Part shown: in pieces, positions 36,776-48,810 of the stretch | How positions within the stretch are numbered: the first letter of the stretch is position 1 | Layout: every line of letters starts with the position of its first letter | Assembly (NCBI GenBank): GCA_976551045.1 | Contig: CDPCPM010000169.1 | Location: 2,542,001-2,606,000, forward strand | Direction of reading: 5' to 3' | DNA length: 64,000 nucleotides | DNA from: Glaucostegus cemiculus | Lineage: Eukaryota | Notes under the pieces: model-generated | What the model was told of the DNA's origin: nothing | The model's database searches: none | What the model saw: the letters and a program-made list of their open reading frames with translations, nothing else | Position numbers and translations under genes: made by a program

Positions 36776-39700
36776 TTCTGCCTCACTGTAACTGCTTTCA
36801 TTTGATCAGCTAACATTACAGTGTTAATTTTAAAGGATTGCAGGGAACAAAGTGTGGAGAGAATTGTTCAGTGCGATTTTTGGGATTTTAAAGCCTCAGT
36901 GTCATTTACGTGCCCTCAAAACTGCTGGCAGGAATAATATTAGCATTGTTGAATAGAAGTGGAAATTTAAGTTGGTTTAAGCTGAAAATCCATGGGAAGG
37001 AACTTCAGCAAAGTAAATGAAGGGATAAGGAGTGGAGGGAATGTGGGGGGGATGAGTCAGACTTGTCCCTCAGATCGCAGGAGGTCTGGTGGTCTTGTGT
37101 AGGCAGCAACTAACCCTATTCCTCGTGACCCATTGCAAATCTTTTTGGAACAAAAACCTAAAACAAGTACTTAAGCATTTACTATTTGTTGATATGGCTT
37201 GCTGTCAGCAGTCATTGGTGGGACTGAGATTTTAGTTGGCCAGCAAATATTGTGGTGTGTGTGTCCTGAAGATACCTTCAGAGCACAGTTCTGTTAGTTA
37301 ATTGGAGTGCACTGCTGATTTCAGCTAAGTTAAGATGGTGGGAACAGGAACACATCCAGAATGCTATGAAGTTCTTCAGCCAAATTATGCTGTCATAGAA
37401 TTAATTCTTACGGGCCAAGGGAGGGGTGCGAAGCCAAAATCAAGGTTTATCATTCAGGTTTGTCAGTATTCTGTCAATATGCAAGGAATTTCTGGTAGAA
37501 TTGCATTTTTCAAAGGGATTCCCATATTCAAGAGGTTGTACAATACTGACTTAGTAAAGTGAATCCAATCTTGAATAAAGATTTATGCAGTTAAATATTC
37601 TTGAAAATTAGTCTCTTGACATTGATTGTTTTTAATATAGTCAATAGCGAAAGATCGTTGTTAAGAATTTCTGTCTCAGCCTTTTCTTGCATGACAATGT
37701 TAATATTTCAGAATTAAGGATAACACTCTCTGCAGGAATTGACATTGGAGACCAATGACTTTTTTCCAACAAGTTAGACCATTACCAACTGAGGTACTCC
37801 AAGAAATACAATTTGCTATCACTGCTATCTTTGGAGATAACAAAATGTGCGGTGGTGTTCAATGTCATTGTGCTAAAACGTTTGTTCTGTAGGATTCATC
37901 TCCTCTGTATAACAAACCTCTGGACTTGCAGGATCTGGGCAATTTAAGACGTGACACCTATTGTCTTGCTGACTCCCAGCTGCCTTCTGAAGTGGCCTAT
38001 TAGACCATTCGGTAAAATTAAATTGCTTGCAATTCAACAGTGAGATCCACCACCTGCTTGTGAGAATGAAAGCTAGGCAATGAATATTGGCCTGTTATAA
38101 AAATAACATCCCAAAGTAAATTAAATTGAATACTGTGGGCCTTAAGTGTGATGAGAAAACTTCCGATTGGATTCTTGTCCATTCAAGAGGAGGTTTGGAA
38201 AATATTATGTTTTTGCTGGATGTAATGGACTATAGCAATTTAATGGGGCAGCCATATAAAACTTAATTTTGCATAGAGTTAAGAAATTTCTGCATGTAAT
38301 AATGGGCTACTGGTTCTGGAAAGTCCCAGCAAAGCTATGGGATGAGAATCCTCAAATGAATTAGCATGAACAGATTTAAACCATAAAATAATGTATTTCA
38401 TTGAAATTTCCTTTTGCAATCAGAGGATTGGAACATCAGGAATGGCGTTTCCAAATGGCCCAGGCCAATTCGGCATAATAATGGATGAGGGCAAAGAGCT
38501 GAAGTAACAGATTCTAAAATCAGCATACCATAATAGAAGGTACTGATGGAATGATATCATTGTCTCAGCAACGCAATAGTTGGGAAATTCCTCAGAACTG
38601 CTCCCACCTTGCTGGGATAATTCACTATCAGAAATCTGTCAGAAATTATTTAGACCATCGTTTCAGTTCCAAGTAGAAATTAAAGGGTCAATGGTAGATG
38701 ACATCTTTCCTGAGGGTCTGCTGTAAAATTATCTATGGTCTTAAATGGGGATGATAACTTCAAGCCCAGATGTATCTGAGAGTCACTCCTCCACTGTATA
38801 TATATGTTGGCAGTTCTTGTCAGGACACTAAATGATTCAGATTAATGCTGATGTAAAGCATAGGTAGGTCATACATCATCCAGGGAAATTGAAAACCTTC
38901 TTTTATATACTCAATACTTTCAAAACCTAATCTGTGAGTCCACAAATTATTTTCTCTAGGCTCACGAGGTTATGGAATCAGCTTTTTAATTCTTTATTGC
39001 ACCCAATTGTAAATACATTCACTATAGTCTTCCTTGTGTGGTAATGAAGATATCACTACTTGCTACCTTCACACTACTGTAGGGAGATGCAGGAGTGATG
39101 TGTTAAAACAGACCTTGCATGACCAGGCAACTGTGAGAAATGCACTTCCATTCTTGCATTGATAAGTATAGTTGGGAGAGACAGAAGTCACAATAAAATA
39201 TGAAAGATTAACAGGGGTTAGGAAATCTCTGGTGGTTATGCAATTTTTATTCCATTATCACTCGATATGTTTCTATTTTACTAAATTTACACTTAGAATG
39301 TAATAATCAAAGGAAAAATTGAGTATACTATTATGATTTATTGATGAATACATTTGAAATGCTCTCTTTTAAAATATATAATTTAAGTAAGGACAGGATT
39401 CCAAATAGTTGACATTTGTTTGGGAATCATAAGTATATTTTGATATTTAAGGTACTTCAGATACCAATATCTGAATTTTAATTTTAATGTTTTTGATAAA
39501 GGTATTCCCATAGTAGTTGGGAATCATTGCCATGTGTTTTGGATCTTTACTCTCTCATTCTGTATATGGAGAAAACCATGGATATCCCTTAAGAATTTAA
39601 CCATACATTTTCAGAGTGATGTTTTGGTGTTTGACCTTCTCAAATGTGAAGCTCAGATTTGAGGCTTTGGCTCAAGAGGCTTCAGAAAGGAGGCAGAGGT

Positions 39701-41325
39701 GAGTAGCAGGTAAGAACAGGTCAGGTTTTTTATAGTAGTAAAATAAAAAGACATCAAATTACAGCTAATTAAATAAAGTAGGGATGCAGGGCCAGGTGAT
39801 GTGTTGTAGCTGCATGATGTGAGATCTGGTGGACCCCTTTGTGGTTCCTGGTTACCACATCTGCAGCAAGTGTTGGTTGCTCGAGGAGCTCAGGCTCAAA
39901 GTTGATGACCTCCAATCTGAGTTTCAAACACTGTGATGCATCAGGGAGGGCGAGGGTTACTCAGATGCTATGATTCAGAGGCAGTCACACCCATTAGATT
40001 AGCTGCTTCAATTCAGCCTGTGGTCAGGGACAAGAGGGTGTGACTGCGATTGAGGCAGGTAGGGGGATCCAAGAGGTAGTGCTGGAGAAACATCAGCCCT
40101 TGACTTTGTCCAACAGGTCCGAGATTATTGCTCCCTGTCCGAATGAGAGTGGGGGCTGTAGGAAGGATGAGCAACTGGACGTGGTTCAGGGAGCCATTCA
40201 AAAGGGACTAGAGAAGAGAAATGTAGTTATGATTGGGAATACTATAATCAGGGGAATAGACACAATTCTCTGTCACAAGGATCGAGATATCTGAAGGCTG
40301 TGTTGCCTGCCTGGTGCCTGGCTTTGGGATGTGTCATCTGACCTGCAGAGCAATTTGGAATGGGAGGGGAAGATCCAGTTGTCGTGGTCCATGTGGGTAT
40401 CAACGATGTAGTTAGAACAAGGAAAAAGGTTCTGCTGAAGGAATTTGAGTAGCTAGGGACCAAAGCAGAACCAAACAAGTAATAATCTTTAGATTGCTAC
40501 CTGAGCCACATGCCAATTGGCACAGGGTAAATAAGATCAGAGAGTTAAATACATGGCTCAAGGATTGGTGTGGGAGAAGTGAGTTTGAATTTGTGGGAAA
40601 TTGGCACCAGTATTGGGCAAAGATGGGAGCTAGTCCAATGGGACATGCTCTACCTGAACAGCACTGGGACCAGTGTCCTAACAAATCACACAACTAGGGC
40701 TGTAGATAAGGCCTTAAACTAAATAGTAGGGGGGTGGGTTCAACAGACTGGATAAGTATGGATAAAGTAAAAGGGAAAGAGAGTGCAGGAGAGGTGACTG
40801 AAGTTACAAGAAAAGAATAAGACAGAAAGTTTAGAAAGAGATAAGAATTTGACTTTAGGCAACATGGAGACAAATTTGAGAAGGGTGGTGAATACAGGAC
40901 TGAAGGTGTTATATTTGAATGCACACAGTATACAAAATAAGGTAGATGAGCTCATAGTGCAGTTAGAAATTGGCAGATATGACACTGTGGGCATCAGAGA
41001 GTCATGGTTGAAAGAAGATCTCAGCAGGGAGCTAAACTTCCAAGGGTACACATCCTATTGAAGAGACAGACAGGTGGACAGAGGGGGTGGGGGTAACTCT
41101 GTTGGTAAAAAGTGACATCAAATCCTTCGCAAGAAGTGACATAGGATCAGAAGATGCAATTGCTTAGCCCTACCCACAAGGATTCTACAAGAATAAAATG
41201 ACCATGATGGGAATTTTGTCCAGGCCTCTGAATAGTAGCCAGGTTGCAGGGTACAAATTACAACAGGAGATAGAAAAAGCATGTAAAAAAAGGCAATGTT
41301 ATGGGGGATTTCAATATGTATGTAG

Positions 41326-41733
41326 TGTCACAATGTTGATTGAAGAGCAAGATCACAGAGAACCCAAATGCAGCACACTGGTACAAGACTGGAATCAGGA
41401 TACTTCCTCAGGACTGGACACAGGCAACACTGGAAGGAATCTTGCCTCAGAGATCTGTGTAGTAATCCCAACACAAACTGAATCTTCAAGCAGGACTAGA
41501 GAACACAGGACTGCTCTGGAGTAGACTGCTCTAAGCAGCTAGGAACCAAACTGAATCTTCAAGGTTGACCAATCCTCTGGCAACTAGTGTGGGAGAAACC
41601 CAGGTACTTATGCTAGACCCCTGATGGGGCTCAGGTGTGTGTCATTATGCAATCAGTCCAGCATGGAATCCATGTGCTGTACAACGAGGCATCAAAGGAA
41701 CCAAATCAAGGGCCAGTACTCAGAATCATGACA
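41326..41733. mobile_element. 408-bp solo LTR inserted in the CR1 endonuclease domain
   Basis: TGTCA...TGACA termini; 5-bp TSD TGTAG at 41321-41325 and 41734-41738; excision restores CR1 GDFNMYVDWENQ. Confidence 0.85.
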
Positions 41734-42545
41734 TGTAGACTGGGAAAATCAAGTTGGTAATGGATTTCAAGAGAAGGAATTTATAGAACGCCAATGAGAT
41801 GGTTTTTAAGAGCAGCTTGTGGTCAAGCCCATGAGGGAAAAAGGCAATTCTGGATTTGGTGTTGTGCAATGAACCAGATTTGATTAGGGAGATTAAGGTA
41901 AAGGAACCCTTAGGATGCGGTGATCATAATTCACCCTGCAGTTTGAGAGAGAGAAGCTAAAATTGGAGGTATTGATATTACAGTTGATTAAAGGTAACTA
42001 CAGAGGCATGAGAGAGGAGCTGGCCAAAGCTGATTGGAAAGGGACCCTAGCAGGGATGACAGTAGAGCAGCAGTGGCAGGAGTTTCTAGGAGTAATTTGG
42101 AAGGTGCAGGATCAATTCATCCCAAAGAAGAAGCATTCTAAAGGGAGGATGATGCAACTGTGGCTGACAAGGGAAGTCAAAGACAGCATAAAAGCGAAAG
42201 AGAGGGCATACAATATTGTAAAAATTAGTGGGAAGCTGGAGGATTGGGAAGCTTTTAAAAAACAACAGAAGGCAACAAACAGAAGTGGTCTTTCAAGAAT
42301 CACTAGTGCCAGGAATGGTTCCAGAGGACTGGAAAATCGCAGATGTCGCTCCACTCTTTAAGAAGGGAGGGAGGCAAAATGCCGGAAATTATAGGCCAGT
42401 TAGCCTGATTTCAGTGATTGGTAAGATGATAGAGTCCATTATTAAGAGATGATCTTTCAGGGTACTTGGAAGCACATGATAAAATAGGCCGAAGCCAGTA
42501 TGGTATCCTTAAGGGGAGATCTTGCCTGACAAATCTGTTGGAATT

Positions 42546-42808
42546 TAAATTTTAAATTTTATTTACTTTATTTACAGTGTGGTACCAGGCCCTTTTGGCC
42601 CAACGAGTCCGCACCGCCCATTTTAAACCCCCAAATTAACCTACCCGTACATCTTTTTTAAAATGTGGGAGGAAACCGGAGCACCCGGAGGAAACCCACG
42701 CAGACACAGGAGAATGTACAAACTCCTTACAGTCAGTGACGGGAATTGAACCCTGATCGCTGGTGCTGTAACAGCGTCGCGCTAACTGCTACGCTATCGT
42801 GCCGCCCC
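42546..42808 (-). mobile_element. Young V-SINE with CR1-type tail inserted in the CR1 RT
   Basis: Head and V core are similar to 19119-19421, but the tail is GGACTCGTTGGGCCAAAAGGGCCTGGTACCACACTGTAAATAAA; it interrupts CR1 NLLE|FEEVT with an AATT duplication. Confidence 0.92.
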
Positions 42809-44599
42809 AATTATTTGAAGAAGTAACAGGCAGGATAGACAGAGAGTAGGTGGATGTTGTTTACTTGGATTTTCAGAAGGCCTTTGACAAGGTGCCACAC
42901 ATGAGGCTGCTAAACAAGATAGGAACCCATGGTATACAGGAAAGGTACCAGCATGGATAGAAGGTTGGCTGACTGCAGAAGGCAAAGAGTGGGAATAAAA
43001 GGGGCCTTTTCTGATTGGTTGCTGGTGATTAGTGGTGTTCGCAGGGGTCAGTGTTGGGTCCACTAGTTTTTACGTTATATGTTAATGATCTGAATGATGG
43101 AATTGATGGCTTTGTGGCCAGGTTTGTGGATGATACAAAGATAGGTGGAGGGGCAGGTAGTGCTGAGGAAGCAGGGAGTCTGTAGAAGGACTTGGCCAGG
43201 ATGGGAGAATGGGAAAAGAAGTGGCAGATGGAATACAGCGTAGGGAAGTTTATGGTCATGCACTTTGGTAAAAGGAATACAGGCATAGACTATTTTATAA
43301 ACAGGGAGTGAATTCAATCGGAGGAGAAAAGGGACTTAGGGGTCTTAGTGCAGGATTCCCTGAGGGTTAACTTGCAGGTTGAGTTGGTAGTAAGGAAGGC
43401 AAATGCAATGTTGGCATTCATTTCAAGAGGACTCAAATATAAAAGCAAGGATGTAATGCTGAGGCTTTATAAGGCATTGGTCAAACCATATTTGGAGTAT
43501 TGTGAGCAGCTGTGGGCCCCAAATCTAAAGAAGGATGTGCTGGCATTGGAGAGGGTCCTGGGGAGGTTTACAAGGATGATCCCAGGAATGAAAGGATTAA
43601 CAATATGAAGAGTGTTTGATATTCTGGACCTGTGCTTGCTGGAATTTAGAAGGATGAGGGGGGATCTCATTGAAACCTATTGAATACTGAAAGGGCTGGA
43701 TAGAGTGGACATGGAGAGGATATTTCCAGTAATGGGAGAGTCTAGGACCTCCCCTTAGAACAGAGATGAGGAGGAATTTCTTTAGCCAGAGGGTGGTGAA
43801 TCTGCGGAATTCATTGCCACAGATGGCTATGAGGCCAAGTCATTGGGTATATTTAAAGCAGATGTTGATAGGTTCTTGATTAGTCAAGGTGTCAAAGGTT
43901 ACAGGGAGAAGGAAGGAGAATGGGGTTGACAGGGAAAAGTAAATCAGCCATGATCGAATATTGGAGCAGACTCAAAGGGCCAAATGGCCTAATTCTGCTC
44001 CTTTGTCTTATAGTCTTATTATGGTCTAAATGAGATGTTAGGCAGGAGGACATATAATAACCGAAGATTTCTGTTAAAAGTTTGCTTCTCCTCTTCCTCT
44101 TCCCATTAAAGACTGCACTGTCAGAAAGCTGAATCATTTTGCCAGTGAGTTGAGTCATTTTCCACTAAAGACTGAGCATTCCTCAGATAACAATTCCAAT
44201 CTCTTCCTTTTTTGCTTCTGATAGATACTTTAGGATTGCTTAGAAAGATCCCAAAACATCTTTGGAGAATGTCAAGGCTTACGAAGTGAACCACTTTCTC
44301 CCTCCTAAGCAACGGCCCAAAGGCAATCATCCATGCAGAGTAAGTGGAGTGAGCGACAATCAAACTGCCTCTTGCAGCAAAATGAATGGAGAATTTATGG
44401 GAAAAAAATCCCTTAAATCCTAATCCAAACATCCACATCAAAATGGACAATATTCAGAAACATTTCTGAGTTAAAGTGTACACTAACTAGTAATTTAGTA
44501 TATAAAAATACCTGCTTGGAATAATTCAGAAAATAATGCTGAATTAAAGCATTTTTGACAAGGCTAGGTTAAAATTAATCAGAAAACTTTGAATTCTCA

Positions 44600-44718
44600 A
44601 GACACAAGGGACTGAAGATCCTGTCATCTGGAGCAATAAACAAACTGCTAGAGGAACTCAGTAGGTTGAGCAGCAACTGTGGAGAGAAAGGAATTGTTGA
44701 TATTTTTGCTCAAGATCT
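44600..44718 (-). mobile_element. Penelope pseudo-LTR fragment
   Basis: AGACACAAGGGACTGAAGAT...ATCTGGAGCAA...GCTAGAGGAACTCAGTAGGTTGAGCAGC. Confidence 0.75.
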
Positions 44719-46899
44719 GGTACACTTTGTTTTTACCTCTAAATTCTACTTTGATTTAGATTAGAAATATTTCTTTCACTGAGGTACCTTAACATTTATT
44801 TTCAGAGCAATGTCCTAGTGTCCCTGTCCCTTCTCTACATGGAAGACACACCAAATTTTTGTGGGCTGTTATCAGTGATAGTTGGAAGAGAGTAATAGTA
44901 AACAGGATGTAAATGGCTGTTTTCTATTATAGCTTTTTTATTACATTTAAAATTTTCCATCTGTGTTCCCTGATAACCTAATGGATCTAATGTGTGTTTG
45001 TTGAATGCAGGAAGGTGATGGTATGTGTTAGAATTTTGTTGTTAGTGGATGAATCACTTTCCTGATACTGGGGTCCAAGTTGGCTGATGCAAGTTGTGTA
45101 ATAATGGTGTTTGTGGTGGGGGTAACTCACTTCTTCATAATGTAGTTCACGGATATCTTCCATTGCATTTGTGGTTGCTGTGGGAGGACGTGGCTAATTT
45201 TCCTTGCAGTCTCATGGTGGGAGACTTCTTGTCTGCAGAGGTTGTCACTTTGCCAAGTTTTCTCAGACCTCAGATACAGATTTGAAGCATCTGAATTTAG
45301 GGCAACTCGAATCCAAATTCAAAATTCTTCCAATTGTTTTTTCCCGTATGCGTGTCATTTGCAGAATTCTTCCAACTTGAGAAATAAAATTATGCCAAAA
45401 ACATAATGTGAAGCCAAAATCATTGGGGATTCAGAGGTTGCTTTTGGTTCTTGGAAGCTTTTGGCTGTCACAAAGTCTTCATTTATTTTGCTTGATATGA
45501 CATATTGTAGAAAATTAGACATGGATGAAATTTAGAATGAGGATACTTGATTAAAAACACAAGGTTCAATATTAACATAAGACTTGATTTGAAGGTCCAA
45601 GTTTTGCACTCTTTACCTTTCCCAAAATCTATTGAAATCTGAAGTATTCCTACAATATTGGTTTTAAAGTATTGTTACAGGCTTGAGACAAATAACTTAC
45701 ATGAGGAAACTTGTGTTGTACAACTGACTCATAAAAGATCAGTGTGGTGAAAACTTGAGTGATCCATTCATGCTGGCAAAGGTTGCCGTAGGTTCTTTGA
45801 TAATGCTCTTCTACAAAATGAGTAACCAGGATAGAGCCTTTAACCAAGCATCTGTTATCGAAGATGAGCAACACTTATCAAATGGCCGTGGCTGATACAA
45901 AATGTATTAGAATTAACACCATGTGAAATATATTGTTCTTTAAGGCATACACCCACTCAGTATCCCACCTTGCTTTCCCTTTTAAAGAAAGGAACCTAGC
46001 AGTAAGTAGCATTCTATCAATTAACCATTTACTTACTGTGTAAATTTATACAGGTAACTATTTTTTTGCAAACATATTAATGAATATAAATATAGCTGAA
46101 CATAAATTTACTCCTGTTTTAATCCATTCAATTACAACATTATAACATAAATTAAACAATTAATCAGTATGAACTCCTGATACTGATAAATCCAATAACT
46201 GAATTCAGTAGGTTTGACATGAAAAATCCCGCTTTTGATGATTTGCTTTGACCATACATAACGACAATACACCCATTAAATGCCACAGTGGTTAAAATAA
46301 TGTATTGATTTCAAAATAATTCCAAGTATCACTTGTATAGTAATAACAATTTCTAACATTACTTATTTTTACTGTCTCATCTCTCCTAAAGGTGCCCACC
46401 ATCTGCTGGTATTGTTTGGCCAGTTCCTTACAGTGCCCTGTACTTCATTCATTTATTTACTGTGCTTTGTTTATAAGCAGTAAGGAAGGAATCGACTTGG
46501 AGAGCAGCAAAGCTGAGATCAAGGCAGCCCCCCTGTATCCATTGTCACTTGGCACCTGGCAGCTTTGTTCCCTTGTTCTGATCCTTGGCTGTTGGCTTAA
46601 ATCATTAACTCTTTCTTCCTCTCTGAACACAGCACCTACAGACATGTAGTGACTCACCTATCATTGCCATCTTTTTGAAGCTAGCGAGCCAAGTGTAGCC
46701 ATGTCTTTGAGCTTGAGACTTCTGGGTACCTCTCAAATCCATCTGACCGGTGGTAGGGCCAATGCAGCCCAGAGTTCAAGGATCTCATCCCCTCCAGCAA
46801 TTCTTTGAAACACACTGTGTCTCAGCTTAAGTAACTTTATTCAATTGATGACCATGATTGCAGATCCACAGCTCTGACCCCAGGTGTGATGGGTAATGG

Positions 46900-47400
46900 G
46901 TCCCATGGAACCCATCTATCTGTCTCAAGCAGATCAACAACGTATCCCCCCTTACCCTGATGAATTCCTCCTGCACCATCGCCCAACACTAGTTTATTCT
47001 GCCTCAGTGGAAAGTGGCAGGGGGATTTTTGGTACATATTTTGCCCTATAATCACAGTCTCAAGGATGCACGTGCTGATCTTGATGCCTACCTTTGTTAT
47101 GGAGATAACGAATGCATTGCTGATAACCCTCTCTGCATCCTATCCAACTCCAGCATGTGGATGGTGCCCCAGAAGGACTGCTCTACACTCTGCCCTCTTG
47201 CAGCTGAGGCAAACTGGGACAACTATCGTTACCGGCATTTGCCTTCTTCACAAGTACCTGCTTACCCATATGTACTCTATTTGGTGGCAGCTAAAACACC
47301 AGGCATCCTGAATGGGCATTTTGAGGCTGGATGGATTCTGTAAGATCACTAGGAAGGCCTCTTGCCCTTTCCACCCATGTAATTTGCAGACGTCATACTT
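46900..47400 (+). mobile_element. Possible Harbinger transposase C-terminal remnant
   Basis: TTIVTGICLLHK weakly resembles the HARBI1 IIVxCCxLHN motif; very decayed. Confidence 0.3.
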
Positions 47401-47460
47401 CTGGCAGTCACACAACTAATTGTTTTCTGACCTGTAGTTTATGTGATCTGGCCATGATGA

Positions 47461-47720
47461 GATATCTTTATTAGTCACATGTACATCGAAACACACAGTG
47501 AAATCCGTCTTTTATGTAGAGTGTTCTGGGGGCAGCCCTCATGTGTCGCCACGTTTCCGACGCCAACATAGCATGCCCACAACTTCCTAACCCACGCGTC
47601 TTAGGAATGTGGGAGGAAACCGGAGCACCCGGAGGAAACCCACACAGCTATGGGGAGAACATACAAACTCCTTATAGACAGTGGCCGGAATTGAACCTGG
47701 GTCACTGGCACTGTAATAGC
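47461..47720 (-). mobile_element. V-SINE with Rex/Babar-type tail, slightly 5'-truncated
   Basis: Same family as 19119; GATGA duplicated at 47456-47460 and 47721-47725. Confidence 0.92.
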
Positions 47721-47959
47721 GATGAAGAAGACTATACCTAGTCTCAGCGAGCTTGCTCCTTGCTTGTAGGGTTGTGTCCTCAGTGAAATTTTCCTTGATG
47801 CTGGTGGTTATCCTGCTCCTTCCTTCGAATGTCAGATTTCACATGACAAGTAGTTTTGCTCACATGCTTTCATCTGCCTGGCTGTATCCCTGACCTAAAA
47901 ATGCCTGACAGAAAGTTGCATCTTTTAGCTGGTGCCTTTAACTAGACTTGGAAACCCTC

Positions 47960-48250
47960 TAGAAAAAGTGGAGGATAACAGATCTGGAGGGAATTAATAT
48001 GAGTGAAAATAAAGCATTGGAGAACTTAACATGACTGAAGGTGAATAAATCCTCAGGACCTGATGAGATGCGTCCCAAGATTTTGAAAGACGTGGCAGCA
48101 GAAGCAATGAATGTATTGGTCACCATCTTCCAAAGTTCCATCGTTTCTAGTATGGTTCTAATAGATTGGAAGACACAAAATGTAACTCACTATCTTAAGA
48201 AAGGACTGTGAAAGAAAGAGTGATCTACAGACAAATTAGTTACAGAATGT
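47960..48250 (+). mobile_element. Old CR1 ORF2 fragment
   Basis: LKVNKSSGPDEMRPKILKDVAAE...LVTIFQSS...DWKTQNVT. Confidence 0.8.
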
Positions 48251-48269
48251 GAAAAAATTGTTTTGTTTA

Positions 48270-48810
48270 GCTGCCAATTTCCACCCTGCTTTCACTTTTA
48301 GGTACCATAACTGACTCTTCCCATCCTTTCTATTCTTCTCTATTTCCATCTCAACCACTATCCATGAAAACACATAGACTCTTACAGCTATCTTGGCCTC
48401 CCCCTTCCATCTTGCCTTGTGTATGGGCTCCATTTATTCTATTCTATTCTATTCTCTCAGTTTCACTGTCTCTGCTATTCCTCTTTTGATGTCAAATACC
48501 TCCCACACAAGCACCTTTTGAGATGTTTTTATTTTTCCTAAGTTATCCACCATAGTCGACAGAGCACTTTAACATGTGTCCTCAGTTTTGCTCTCACCCC
48601 CTTGTCCTTGCCTTCAACTGGGACTCAACATTGAATTCAACAATTCCAAATAACTGACGCTTTCTGTTTTTTTTTCAGAATTGGCCATTTCTGGTGTAAG
48701 GTTAACTATTGTGATATTTTCTCACTTGTACAGATACTGGCTGATTTACTGGGTGTTTCTTATATTCCCTTTTGCTTCAAATTCCCAGTAGCTACTGTGT
48801 TCTGCTTCAC
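48270..48810 (+). mobile_element. Decayed Penelope-like element (RT C-terminal remnant and pLTR)
   Basis: ANFHPAFTF...DSS...DSYSYL (cf. FHPALTFTWSISDSSLPFLD...PTDSHSYL); pLTR-like end near 48730-48810. Confidence 0.6.

Larger units (their letters stand above)
39640..44020 (+). mobile_element. Near full-length inactivated CR1 LINE (ORF1 zinc finger + SGNH esterase; ORF2 APE endonuclease + RT; 3'UTR)
   Basis: ORF1 MQGQVMCCSC...HICSKCWLLEELRLKV and NVVMIGNTIIRGID...CCLPGA; ORF2 LKVLYLNAHSIQNKVDEL, GDFN, VPEDWKIADVAPLFKKG...NYRPVSL, LDFQKAFDKVPH, FVDDTK, LYKALVKPYLEYC; 3'UTR at 43940-44020; many stops and an internal deletion near 42280. Confidence 0.95.
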
